Assembly: GCF_018350175.1 (NCBI RefSeq)
Contig: NC_058368.1
Span: 65,288,001-65,352,000 of the forward strand
Origin: Felis catus
Taxonomy: Eukaryota
Direction: 5' to 3'
Length of the DNA stretch: 64,000 nucleotides
How positions within the stretch are numbered: the first letter of the stretch is position 1; every line of letters begins with the position of its first letter. The notes beneath the pieces were generated by a model. The model saw nothing but the letters and a program-made list of their open reading frames with translations. It searched no databases and was not told where the DNA came from. Of the stretch, positions 14,881-27,908 are shown in pieces. Position numbers and translations under genes: made by a program.

Positions 14881-15827
14881 GTGTGAGTTTTTCTTTGTAG
14901 AGTTATAATTTAGTACAACCTGGCTGCTTTCTCCTACCTTCTCTTTCTTAAGAACGATAGTTTTTGGATAGTTTTTAACTGGGATATTTTGTGACTGTAG
15001 CCACTGAATAGAGAAAAGGTATCTTGTCGGCCTGACCTCAAGAACATTTCTTCTACCCTGTCCATCAGCTTTCCACTGAAAAAAACCAATACTGCTTTAA
15101 GGTGTAACCCCCAACAAAGAAGTTTTGTTGACTTACATGCACCAGTGGATGAGGCAGAATCCACTTAAAATTTCCATTTCCTTTTTGTTTTCTTGCCAGT
15201 ATCTATCCTAACCTATAAAAAAATTAAATAAATTTAATCATTGTTATTAGATAACTCCTCAAATTAAAAGCTTTGAATATGTTGATTATTGAATTTTAGA
15301 ATATTCAGATCACCTACCATTGTTAAAAGTAATTTCACATCAAAGTATGGTCCTGGATTTCTTCTGATTCTAACCAATTAAACAATTTGGTAGCTTATTT
15401 TTCTAAGTAACTTTTGTTTTGTTTAGTTTTGTTTTGTTTTGCTCCTCTTTTGTGGAGACATTAGGTTAAAAAAGGAAAGCTTAACCAGAAAATTATCTTA
15501 CTGTTCCTTCAGAGTAGTGTCCTTAGAAGGACTGAAATTCTACAGAGATAGTTTAAGAAAGCAGATACTTGTATGTAGTAAAATAGCTAACAACAGCACT
15601 ATTTTATGGTTTCATAAATATTCGTTTTTTTTTTTCCAAAGCCAAGTCTGTCATACTGCTTCTTTAACATTGGGATAATTAATAATAATTAACCCAGAGT
15701 TTTTAGAATCTGAGAAATTATAGTAAAGAGAATTAAGGTATTCCACTGATGAAAATCAGCAACATGTGAAGCTCTTCCCTGTGGAAAAATCCTGGTTCTC
15801 TTCCACTTGCCTTAAGGTCTTTGTTAC

Positions 15828-16002
15828 AGATGGTTACCAGAGAGGAGGTGGGTGGGGGGATGGGTCAAATAAGTGCTGAGGATTAAGGAGGGCCCTTGTG
15901 ATGAGCACCGGGTGACGTATGGAAGTGTTGAATCGCTATATTGTACACCTGAAACTAATATTACACTGTGTTAACTAAGTGGAATTAAAATTAAAAAAAA
16001 AA
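15828..16002 (+). mobile_element. Short L1 3'-end (carnivore L1 3'UTR + polyA)
   Basis: G-rich tract, tgatgagcaccgggtg...tgtacacctgaaactaatattacact and A tail. Degenerate TSD aaggtc(t/a)ttg. Confidence 0.88.
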
Positions 16003-17498
16003 GAAGGTCATTGCTTATGGTGCCAGATGATCTGAAGAGTATGCACAGCTCCATTCATCTTTCACAAAAGCAAAGAACTGGAGAAGCGACTGCCAAGATG
16101 TATGGTTCCAATAATCTAGGTATGTCAAATTACTGCTTAGCTCCAGAATCATCTCCCATAACATTAATATCTGAATTTATAACAAGTAAGACAAGGTTAA
16201 ATGATCCTCTTTTATGAACTACAAAAATGCAAGTTTATTAATCTGCTATAGGATTTTCATTTGTGTCACTCTCACATTTACATATCTCATTTGGAAATAC
16301 TTCAAAAACACGTGAGCTTTAAATAATGACATTATTGAAGGCATCTATTAATATTGTGGGCCATAAAGTCAAAATGAAACTCTCTTCCTTATGTACAATA
16401 AGCTTTTCTAATGATGGCATAAAATGGTGCTTAGCCAGTATTACATTTGCCAAGATTGTTCCAAGGCAGAAAGTGGTCTTAACACCAATTTTGAAAGTAA
16501 ATATTTTGTTACTTGACATTAAATGTACTTTATGACCTAAGATGTATTACTAGGCATGAATCTCACTTAGAATCAATAGAGACTGAGTTCCTGGATCATT
16601 AATAAATATAAAAAATTGAAAATAGCGTTTTAAATCATTGTAATGTCTTAACATATTTCCTATTTATACCTGCTTGAGGATTGTCAGTAATATTTCAAGT
16701 AAATATGAGTAATGCCTAAGAATGTATGAAATACTTTCATTGTCTATTCTTTCAGCATATATGAAAAATACATATAATTGAATAATTAGAGCTCTTTCAT
16801 TTCTCTTGCCTAAACTCTGACATCACCACTAGGCAAAACTCTGATTAAGCAGATCACACAATTCCGTCCACTGAACCCAAACAGCTCTGGCCACATTTGA
16901 AGAATATTGTAAGACAAGAAGAATCTGTTGTCCCTCAGTGTTTGGCTTTCCCCAAGAGATCATTAGCAACCCAGCTGGTCCTCATCTGCCTTAAAGATAC
17001 AATTTTAATTGGTTTATATTAATACTGGGTGTACTCTTAACGCTCAATAAATGTTAAATGCACTATTACAATTTGGTTGGGTACAAACCTTGGCAAAAAA
17101 CAAAACAAAACAAAACAAAAAACCCCACATCATTTTCACCACCATTTTTGGTCATTATTCACCCAAGTTTACCTTTTCTTTCCCTGTTAACTCAGCAACT
17201 TTCCCATTATCCAGGCACCAGGCAAGCTACTGTTAAATTTCTGACAGCTTTTTCATTATAGGCTCTGTTTTTCAAGAGGCAGGTTAACTAAGTGATTTTG
17301 ATTTGTGCCAAGCGAAGATGTGGAATAGACACTTGAAAACCATTCTCTTGTTTTCATGGGATTTCATCTGAAATTATTGGTCCTGCTTGATCTAAATGCA
17401 CAAAAGAAAAAAAAAAAACCCTAAAATTCATGCTGTTTCTCATTCATGCATTGGTATAAATGAGCAAAAGAATAGTAAATTCTGTAACTGTGTCTTTT

Positions 17499-17536
17499 AA
17501 AAAATTTTTATTTTATTTATTTAAATGTCTATTTTT

Positions 17537-17567
<31 letters not shown>

Positions 17568-17740
17568 CGCGCACACAAGTGGGGGAGGGGCAGAAAGAGA
17601 GAGGGAGACACAGTATTTGAAACAGGCTCCAGGCTCTGAGCTGTCAGCACAGAGCCCAATGCGGGGCTCGACCCTCGAACCGTGAGACCATGACCTGAGC
17701 CGAAGTTGGATGCTTAACCAACTGAGTCACCCAGGAACTC
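17499..17740 (-). mobile_element. Can-SINE (SINEC_Fc2-like)
   Basis: Reverse-complement SINE with (GA)n. TSD gtgtctttt on both sides. Confidence 0.95.
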
Positions 17741-18499
17741 CGTGTCTTTTTATTTAAATTCAAGGCTTTCAAAAATTAACAAGAACTTTCATACCACGAG
17801 GTTGTTATCTTACTGAGAAAAGTATTAACATCTATTTGTTTTCCGTATATGAGATAATGGTAAGACCCCTTTACTGTATAAAACATGACCACAAGTGTTA
17901 TTTGCATTTGTTGAAAGTGTGACATATTTATTGCAAAATAATGTCTTTTTCATCATAAAGAAGAACTTACATTTACTGTAGAAAACTTACAAAATGCAAA
18001 TAAAACAGAGAAATGTTTAAAATTATCCTACAAATCATATCATACTGAATTTCAATCTCTTACCATGTCTAGTCTCTTTCTTCCTTGCAGTCTTAGAAGC
18101 TTCTTCTGGAAAGCATTCCCTGATGACCCTGCCCCCCTCTTCCACATGGAGCTACCACATTGAAATTAGTTATACCTTGATGTTTCCATATTCTCTCCAT
18201 CCACTTCATATACAATTCCATGTGGTCTGGCATCCACCCCATTGTTTTATTAAAATGTTTCTGTTGAAGTTTCCAGTAAGGCTCTTTATCATTATCCAAG
18301 TACCATTTTCTCTGCCTTCCTTGTCCTTGATGTCTACCACGATTTGCTTCAGGACTGAAAATCTCCTAACATGGACGCCATGGTGCTACCTAATTTTGTT
18401 CTTTTCTTACATTTGCAACTAACCCCTGTCTCTTGCCTTCACTTCCCTTATTCTTCCCTTAGTTTTCTCTATACATTTATATTGCTTTTATTTGTAAAT

Positions 18500-18990
18500 A
18501 GCAGAATAACCAACCGATAGTGGCATTTGTAGTGGCACTACAAAGATATTTATGAATTATTTAACAAGAAGTTCAGAGGTTGGCAGTCCCAGGGCTGGTT
18601 TGGTGAAACAAATAGGAAATTTAAAAAAAATCTAGGTTCTTTCCATCCTCTGTTCTTTGCCTGTTAGCAGTGTCTTGTCTCCTAGTCACAAGATGGTCAA
18701 TTAGCTCTAAGAAGGCAGGAGGCTAAGATAAAAAGACCTTTCTGCTCCTATAGTTCTTGCCTTTAATCAGGGAAAATAATGTTTCCCAGAAATTTCCTTA
18801 CATCTCATTCACCAGAAATTGGTCTTATGCCAATCTCTGAAGTATTTAATAGAAAAGGGAAAGGATTGCCATGGCTGGCTTAGGCCAATTGTGATTCATC
18901 TCTTGGTGCTAGCACAATGCCCCCAGATGCAATCAGACTTAGGGGAAGAAGGAAGAGCCCTTGACTGTGGACTAGGCCATGGGCTGCTCT
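18500..18990. mobile_element. Old MaLR LTR (MLT1J/K-like)
   Basis: aagaagttcagaggttggcagtcccagggctgg, cacaagatgg, cttacatctcattcaccagaa motifs typical of old MLT1. Boundaries approximate. Confidence 0.6.
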
Positions 18991-20189
18991 GTTTGCCTAC
19001 TAACTATGGCTGCTTCTTGAGACTTAGTCTTTTTCCCCTACAACTCAAAGTCTCTGAGGTTCCATTCATCTTATGCCCCAAAGGGGTTGTGAAAAACAGC
19101 TGGGGTGTGAAAACACTCCATAAACAAGAATCTTATTGTCCTAATATACCATATTTTCTCAATGAGACTCACAATTTTAAAATGTCTTCCTTATTTTGTG
19201 TGTGTGTGTGCACACATGCACACGTGCGTGTGTTGAACCAAAGACCAAATCATGCTAATCCTTCTGGGAAAATTTACCTTCACCTTCTTTCTATCTGCTA
19301 CCCTCCTTCCTATTCTGGTCTCAACCACTTGAAAGCTTTACCTTTATGGCAGAGCTCTATGTGTTTCTCTTTCTTACCTTTCTTTTGCTTCTATGTGCTT
19401 GCTTCCTCTGGATTGATGTTCTTCAATGCCCTTTTTTCTTATTATATACAATGTAAACTCTACTGCAAGAGCTTAAGTCCTTCAGCTAACCTTTTTTTTT
19501 TTTTTTTTGGTCTAGACCAAATGCCAGCTTCTCCCTAATATGAGCTCTTTTCTTTCTAGTTAGGCTTTTTCTATGAACTTCCACATCATTCAGTACTCAT
19601 TCCAATACCTCATCTAGGCTGTGCTGTTGCCCTTTGCTGGAAAGTTGGACTTTGCCTCTTCCACCATGTCAAAAGTGTTGCATTACCCAACAAGTGGACC
19701 ATGTATGGGTTGAGAACACCTGTAAGGCAGGTTACTTAATTCTTTGGTCTGACTGGCATTCACAAACCTACTCTACGTTGTTTCATCCTCCTGATGGGAT
19801 TAAAGTGATTTATTTATGCTTGATTAAGTTATAATTCCTTATGTACAATAACCTAGTTTTGTGTAGTTGCATTGAATGCTCATTGAATACTTAATGATTC
19901 ATTGATTTTTAAATAATTTAAACCACATATACTGTGTTTTTACCCACCCTTCCTCCACCTCAAACATTCTTTTTATTGCATCATCTGCTATTTACTGCTA
20001 GGGTCAGGGTAAATGAAAATGAGATGATAGGGTACAGGTAACTGTCTATTTACCTCTTCCTCAGGAGCGGATGATACCTATCACCTGGCTACGATAGGAA
20101 GTGAAGTTTGAATGAAATCATGTCAAATATCACAGAAATAATGACTTGGTTACAGAAATTTCTATTCATATCGTCTTATCCTTTGCCCA

Positions 20190-20290
20190 CAAAGACACTA
20201 GAGTATATTTTGTTCTCATCTCGATTTTACAAGTTGAGGAAAATGAGTTCAGTGACCTAAGGGTCAGCGAGTTAGCACAACATCATGAAG
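20190..20290 (-). mobile_element. MIR fragment
   Basis: attttacaagttgaggaaaatgagttcagtga core. Confidence 0.6.
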
Positions 20291-21990
20291 ACAAAAATTG
20301 CACCAAAATTTTAGGAGAAAAACACGTATGTGACCATTGCTTTCAGAAAGAAATGTTTAGATATGGGGTTTTGAAGCCGAGAAAGTCAATTTGTAAACAA
20401 GTCGGCTTTACATTTTTAAGCATTTCCATGGCATAAATGAGGTTGGAACTTGAGAGCTTTTTGGTGGAGTAAGAAATGAGGAATTAATCAAAGTGAGGAA
20501 GATGTACCTAATGTGTTGTGATGATAACAAATAGAAAACAGAAGGACTTAAACTTCATGAGTCATTCTGGTCATTAACAGCCATCATCAGAAAAACATCT
20601 TCATGTGTAGCTTTATAGGTGCGCTCCATACAATTACATACTAGCCTATAGTAATTTTTGAGTAATGTGCTGATCTAATTACATTTGGCTTCACAAGTGT
20701 GTAAGCATTATCTTTTTTTTTTTTCTTTTGTCTTGGCTTTAATTACCTTAGTAGTTGCAGGAGTTTTGGGGCTCCATACCAGCTTTTGGTTAGCAGAGTG
20801 AATTAACATAAAAGAGTCCATAAGAAATTAACCTACCCTGAATTTTCATTTTTATCCCATTTCACAAAACTTGAGTGTAAGACGGGAAGAAAGTTAATTG
20901 ATTCCCCAGTTCAGAATTCTGTCAATCTGGAAGAAAATGTTAAGCCCAGTATAGGAGATTGGGGAGAAGGAAGAAGTCACTTCCCTCCCCAGTACCTTCC
21001 TACGTGCAGCCCACGGACTCCTACCCTCTCGGTTTCCCATTGCTTCCCTGCTGTGTTTCTTCTTCTTGGCTTTCCTGTTCCTCCACACACTAGAGATATA
21101 GCCATAATGATTTCTGATCCAAGATTGTGTAATATTTGAAATTAAAAAGGGTGAAATTTTGAGTCCCAAACCAAAACAATAAAAAAAAAAAAAAACCTGG
21201 TCTTGGTGTGCACAAACTGTCTTTAGAAAATAAACACAAAGCCAAACAGAAATGAGGCAATTAATTACAGCGATGGTTGTGCTCTGAAGCTCAGGGGTTC
21301 CTCTATATGTTTATTTCTACGCGGGCTTTGTGTTTCAGTAGGTCATAAATTGTTGCTCATATTTAGAGCAACAACTGGAATTGCGTTGTCCTTTAAGTCC
21401 ACAAAAGCATGGCTTAATAACAAATATGCCAACGACTTAAAATACTTTATCTTTCTAGATCACTTACTTCGGTCATTACAGGAAGCGTTTGAGATCAGTA
21501 TCAAGGATGTGAAGGGAGTGAGAAAATAGAACCGCTTCCTTTTCCCCCTTTTCCTTCTACGGAGTAGCAAGAGATCCAGTCCAGGTTTTGCCTCCGACTC
21601 TGCCTCTGAATTTCGGCTGTGCTCCGTGTAGCACGTTTCTCCCTCTCCCCTCCTTTCTCCTTCCCTCTAGCCTCCAGTGTCTGTCTCCGGGATTTCTCTC
21701 TTCCTATTTCAGGAGGACTCTCACAGGCTCCCTCAGCCTGTGTGAAGCTGAGGTTTCCCCTGGATCCAGTATATCCCCAACACATACCTCCACGCACACG
21801 CGTCCCCAAGAACCCCGCGCTCGGCCCGGCACACACGCGCGCACACACACACTCGCGCTCGCCTGTCCGCCTCCTCCCTCCCCGGGAGAGCCGGCGCGCG
21901 TTCCCACCTTCGCTGCACCCTCGGGCGAGCCGAGCTCGCAGCGCTCTAGGATTCTGCGGCTCGGAAGTCGGATCGCAGCTCTGAACCCCC

Positions 21991-22005
21991 ATGGTGGTTT
22001 TTTAA
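21991..22005 (+). other. Upstream ORF ATG GTG GTT TTT TAA (MVVF*) in GPC6 leader region
   Basis: Only ATG on the + strand between ~21700 and the GPC6 start codon. Context cccATGg. Confidence 0.55.
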
Positions 22006-22126
22006 ACATTCCTCTGCCTTCTCTCTCTCTCGTTTTGACTGCACCGTTTTCGATCTGGGGGGCTAGAGGAGCAAAGCGGCTGTTTTCCCAGCCAGCCCTG
22101 GTTGGCTTGCCATCCTCCATCTGGCT

Positions 22127-22134
22127 TATAAAAG
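22127..22134 (+). promoter_or_regulatory. Consensus TATA box (TATAAAAG)
   Basis: Perfect TATAWAWR match 183 nt upstream of the ATG, with Inr-like CGCAGT/TCCAGA 20-25 nt downstream. Function not shown. Confidence 0.5.
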
Positions 22135-22195
22135 TTTGCTGAGCGCAGTCCAGAGGGCTGCGCGGCTCGTCCCCTCGGCTGGCGGAAGGGGGTGA

Positions 22196-22561
<366 letters not shown>

Positions 22562-23849
22562 TGAGTTGTTGGTGTTCACTTTCCGGCAGGGCTCTCCCGG
22601 ACGCCCTGCCTCCGCGCCGGGCGGCGGATGCTCCGGCGGCTGTTCCCGCGGGGAAGGTGTGCGTCTCGGCTGCCTCATTGTGTGCACACGCGGGAGCGCC
22701 CTCTTTCCCTCCCGCCCGCTCTCCCTCTGCTCCGGCGCCCGTGCGCCCCCTTCGCGGCGGGCTCTGGCCGAGCGGGCCTGGGAGCCCGGGACGCCCGGGG
22801 GCGGCCGCGGCGCGAGGGCAGGTCGCCGAGCGGGGCGCCCACCCCGCGCCTCTCGCTCAGGCAAACTTGGAAGAACTGCGGCCGCAGTTTGCCCAGCGCC
22901 ACAGTCTGAGTGGCGCCTTCCCCACTCCCGCCCTCGCGCCGGCGGGGGCGGTGGAGAGTCGCGGAGGGCTCCCCTCGCCGCTTGCTCCGCTCACCGGATC
23001 CTTCCGGGAGGCAGAGCGCACGGCGCCTGGGGCCAGGGGGAGGGCGAGGTGGGCGAGGCGGGGGGACCCCACCGGGGGACCCGGCCTCCGCACGTCGGCA
23101 GTTCCGGGCCGGTTTGGGGAGTTCTCGGGCTGCCGGTTTCGGGCTTGGGGCGGGCTTTCGCGTTACGGGTCCTCAGTGCTTTCCAGATTGCGGTTGGTCA
23201 CTAGTGGTTCGGGGGACACCCCCGGCGCGGCGGCCGGACGCGAGCGCGGTCTCGGCCGCCCGCCTGTTCTCAGAAGCCGCGCCAACTTAGGCGGGTGGCT
23301 CGCCGGTGGGTTTGTCCCAGGGTCCCCGGGCCCTGGGTGGCCTGCCGGCCGGGCCACTAGCATTCCTGCACCGGGAGCCCCCACCCCCTATCTCGGCACC
23401 GGCGTGTGCGGAGCACTCGGTCTCCAACAACTTGTGCAGCAGCCCGAGTGCGTGTTTTCCGGCTCTTAGCTCCAACCGACTCGGAGCTTCTCCGGGGCTC
23501 TGTGAATGAAACGTGTCGGGGAGAGATAATCCTGTGGCTGCGAGGCAGCACCGCTGAGGGAGGCTGAGAGAGGCCGGGAGATGCTGCGAGGGCGCGGGCC
23601 GCTCACAGCCGGCGGTTGAAGTCCTCAGTGACCTCGGATGGTCAAATGAAAACGCTGAATCTCCACCAGCCTCCCTGCATGTTGCCAAAGAGCTGGTCGA
23701 TGAGGGCAAAGCTCTTTGCAGAGATCTTAAAACATCCCCGTTTCTATACGTAATGGAATTGGTATTTTATTACGGTTGATCTGCACACCCTGCAAGGGAA
23801 GGTTTGCACTTTTACCGAAATGAACACATTTATATAAATTGAAGCATGG

Positions 23850-23869
23850 GGTGTGTGTGTGTGTGTGTG
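23850..23869. repeat. (GT)n microsatellite
   Basis: About 10 GT units. Confidence 0.95.
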
Positions 23870-25369
23870 GAGATAGCCCATACACACGCCAACAGCGCCG
23901 AGCATTATGTACCGGGAGCCTTTTTCAATTCTGAGCCAGACGTAGCCAGCCTCTGGTGAGTCGGAGGCGGAACCTGTGGTGAATTATAAGTCCACTCTTC
24001 TATCCCTGTCACTTCTTCTCCCTTTTCCAGAACTCCTTAATTTGTTAATCAGTGAATGGAGAGCGACTGCCCCCACAGCTCCTTAAGTTTCTTAACTCTC
24101 CTTCCCCTTTGTCTACTGTTATTTCATTCTTTTTAATTAATTGATAAGGATCAGCTTTGCTTTTTTCTCCTCCCCAAATCTCAGGGAATTCAACTTTTAA
24201 AAGGTTTTATAGCGTGGCTCACTTCTTCGAGGAACTTTTTCTCCTCTAATCTGGGCTTTTTCAAAGTGTATCTTTTAAACACACAGATATTTCCCAGCAT
24301 GATTTCAGATATGATATCTCAGAGAAGAAAATAGTTCAGTATTTTTAAATTGTTTCGGTGTTCTTTAGTGGATTATGGGACTTTCAGGGGAGTGCACTTC
24401 ATCCTTGGCATGACGCAAAGCTCCTTAATATCAAAGTGAAGGTTTTCAGTGTAAAATAGTTTCTGTACTCCCCATTTACTTTCCTGAGAACATTTCCAGT
24501 GGTTAAAATAAATCCTTCAGGAGATTTTTTAACTACAGGGCTTTTTGTTTTTTTCTTTCCCCTCCACCTCCTGACAATTACAGTGCTCACTAATTAGCTA
24601 TTAAATTCTGAAACGTGCACTTTTGTTAAACTCACTTTCTAGGACTAAAGGGTACTGTTGACTTTGCCCTAACCCTGATGTGCTTTGATGCTGGTAGAAA
24701 TGGTCAAGATAGAGGTCACTGTGGGGTCAGAGGCACATGTGATAGGAAAACACATGAATTAAAAGATAATTGTGTGTGTGTGTATACATGTATGTATGTG
24801 TGTGTATATATATATTCACATATATATTCAACATGAATTACTCAGTGCTACATGTTGTTGTTGGAATAACCACGGAGGAAATATGTCCCATTATTAAAGA
24901 AAAACACTCTTTGGCTCTTCCCTAGTTCTGATACTATTTACATTTCATTATCTAGTGTATGGTGGTTATCCTTTCTTTAAACTCCCTTTTCATCCTTTGC
25001 CTTGTTTGGACTTTTAAGGGTTTGCCTGAGAAATGGCATATGCCATTAGTCTGCCAGGGAACATGAATTTAAAGGAACTGCTGTTCATAATTTAGATTCA
25101 TGAGGGCTGTTTCTAATTGAAAGATATTTGCAGGTAGTTTGCCTGGTAAAATAACTGAGAAGTAATAAGGACATTATGCTTCATCATGACATTATTAAAG
25201 TTTTACTCAGAACTCACAATTGTGAAATAGTGTTGCCCTTTTCTATTCTAGGATAAAAGGGAGTTCTTCAAACTCAATAGATGAGGGGCTGTGATGGGTA
25301 ATATATAAAGTTATACTCTCAGAGAGTGCGTGGGAGGCCTTTAAGGGCCAGTTTGCACCATCAATCTTC

Positions 25370-25760
25370 ACTCAGTGCTGATTTTAAGCCATCCCAGGCA
25401 GATCAGATAGACTATCTGTCCTGTTTGAAAGACCTCCAAAGGGGAAGATTCGCGAGCCCCTCTCAGCATCCATTCTGATACTTCGTAATTCTTGTGGTAT
25501 CGAAATGTTTCCACATAACTAGCCCAAAGTCTTCCCAGTGTGCTTGCTTATTTTCTCCTGTTCTGCCTTCTGGGAAGGGATTGAGCAGTGAGTGGGTCAA
25601 GTTCTTTGTTAGGAGTGTTGTTTTGATCAAAGGTAGATATGAAGCATCCCAGTCTTTCTTTGAGCGTCCATAATGTTATCTCATTTTCCCAGCCCGACTC
25701 CTCTTGATGGCTCTAAACTCCTAAAAGAACTCAAGAACTGAAAAGAACATCTGCTTCAAA
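25370..25760 (-). mobile_element. Ancient CR1/L3 LINE fragment
   Basis: atctgtcctgtttgaaagacctccaaaggggaagattc...catccattctgatac resembles L3 consensus. Highly diverged. Confidence 0.5.
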
Positions 25761-25919
25761 GACCAGGCAATTCAGGGAATGCTGTTTTATGCTTACTGGG
25801 TCACTATCTTATGTCTTGAGCCTTCTTGGAGTCGTTAATTATAACCCCTCGGAGCTGATTAGTGGTGACTTATTGGCCTACATGTCTACTTTTTCCATTA
25901 GTTGTCTAATGCAGTCATA

Positions 25920-26200
25920 TTTAACAATCCCTCATGTAGAAATTACTATGTGCCCAGCCCCTGTTTAAATATTACCTGCTCCTAAAAACATTAAACATTG
26001 CCTTATTGACTCCTTTTGGTAATTTTATAGATATCATCATTATCCCCATTTTATAGATGGAAGGACTGAGCAACACAGAAACTTAAATAATTAACTTGCC
26101 CAAGAATGACTCCGCTAGAAAGCGGTGAGGCTAGAGTTGCAACCCAGGCCGTCAGTCTCCTGGTACTGGAGTCGTAGACTTAATCCTGCCCACTGCCATT
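25920..26200 (-). mobile_element. MIR
   Basis: attatccccattttatagatggaaggactgag...aacttgcccaag...caacccagg. Confidence 0.8.
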
Positions 26201-27908
26201 CCGCATTTGTTGAACGAATGTGTGCAAAATCAGTTCTTTCCTCACCAATAGGTATATATAGCCTGGTGTTACCACTCACCAGGTGTATTGCCTTATAGTT
26301 CATGCTGAATAGTTTCCTGTTTACTTGCAACATCAACAGTTTTTCAAAATCACTTTGAATTTGAATTTTATGTCCTCGGGAATTGGCCATGCTATCATCA
26401 CTAAATTGTATGTGTGTGTATGCATTTCCCTGATTTTTAAATTGTATCTATGTAGTTACATAAAAGGTGGAAACTAAAGCACGTGTGTTGGTATTTTTCA
26501 TCATTCTGGACCTAGCGGAATATTGGGTTAGTGCAACAAAGTTTGCTGTAGGAAGGTATCATAGGGTAGCGGGAGGAGGGAAGCTTATCTCCACTGATGA
26601 GGAAAGAAGTATCGTTGTTTTCTCAGTATTTTGTCCCTTTTTGTGTCGCAGGTGTTTGGAGAGTTGGGCTGCAGGTGGATAATAAAGAAAGCTTTAAACT
26701 TTTTCCCATCTCTTTAATATGAATTAATCTCAATACTCTAAAAATCTATTTCAAAATCAAATTAAGAAAGAATATTCTCTTGTACTCTGCTGATGTACTA
26801 GTGACTTTTTTAAGTTCTTCTTTATTGTTGCCAAATTTCAGAATATGTAATGCTTCATGTCACCTGGTCTTTGTACATCAGTCCTTTCCTTTCTCTGCTG
26901 GGTTTCTCAGGGAACCTGTCCTCCCTCCCTCTGCACCTCCCCCCCGCCCCCCAACTAACTTAATACATTTGCCATTGCTACCTTTTTTTTTCCAATTTGC
27001 ATGTAGATATCGTATTAACATAAACAAAAAAAGTGTTTGGCACTCTTACTCTTTTACACACACATTAAATACCCTAGTTTGAAATAAATTATTTAATTTC
27101 CACTTAACTGCCTGCTTCATAGATTTCTGATTTCTTTGCCCTCTCTGTAGTTAGCTGTCTTTAAAATTCTTTCGAAGAACAGTGTGAGAGGTCTGAGTTA
27201 GCTGAACTTCAAATGTATTTTGTGTTTTGTTTTTTTATGATTTGCCAAGTCACTAGATTTCTAAAAGAATCGCATTAATTCCAGGTATCAAGGCAGTCTA
27301 AACTCTGGGCTATTAGGCGTGCCACTTGTTAAACTCTTGATTTGGGAATTAATTTTAGAATGATCCTTGCAAACAGTTATCTTAGCTGATTTAATTAGAG
27401 GATAATATGTCATCATTGAGAACAAGAGTTCATTTGAGTTGACTGATACACTTTTTTACATAAAACTCACATCTTTAACTGTACCACATGGTTAATAGCT
27501 TGTGAGTAGAAATGTAGGACGCTATCAAAAGTGATTTAAAATATACAGCACTATGTCCTTTAAAGTATTATAGTATAAACATTGCATTGTAATTTATGTA
27601 AGAGTGTGACTAATGTTCTTTTATGATTATGGGTGAGTTTTATGAACACTTACAAAATACAAAATTGAGTCCTTTTAAACCAAAGTGACCTACAATTCAG
27701 TCACTACATTTGTACAGAAATATGAGTTTAGGATAGAAATTGTAGGAAGGGAAATGTTGATAAAAATAATTTATTAGCTTAGTCTTAGCTTATATTTTAA
27801 GCCTGCAAAAGACTTTCTTCCCCCTTAATTCACATCTCTCAAAAGACTTCTGGCAAGGCCAGCTGTCTTGACAGTATAAACAGAATACTGAATATTCTTA
27901 TATTCATA

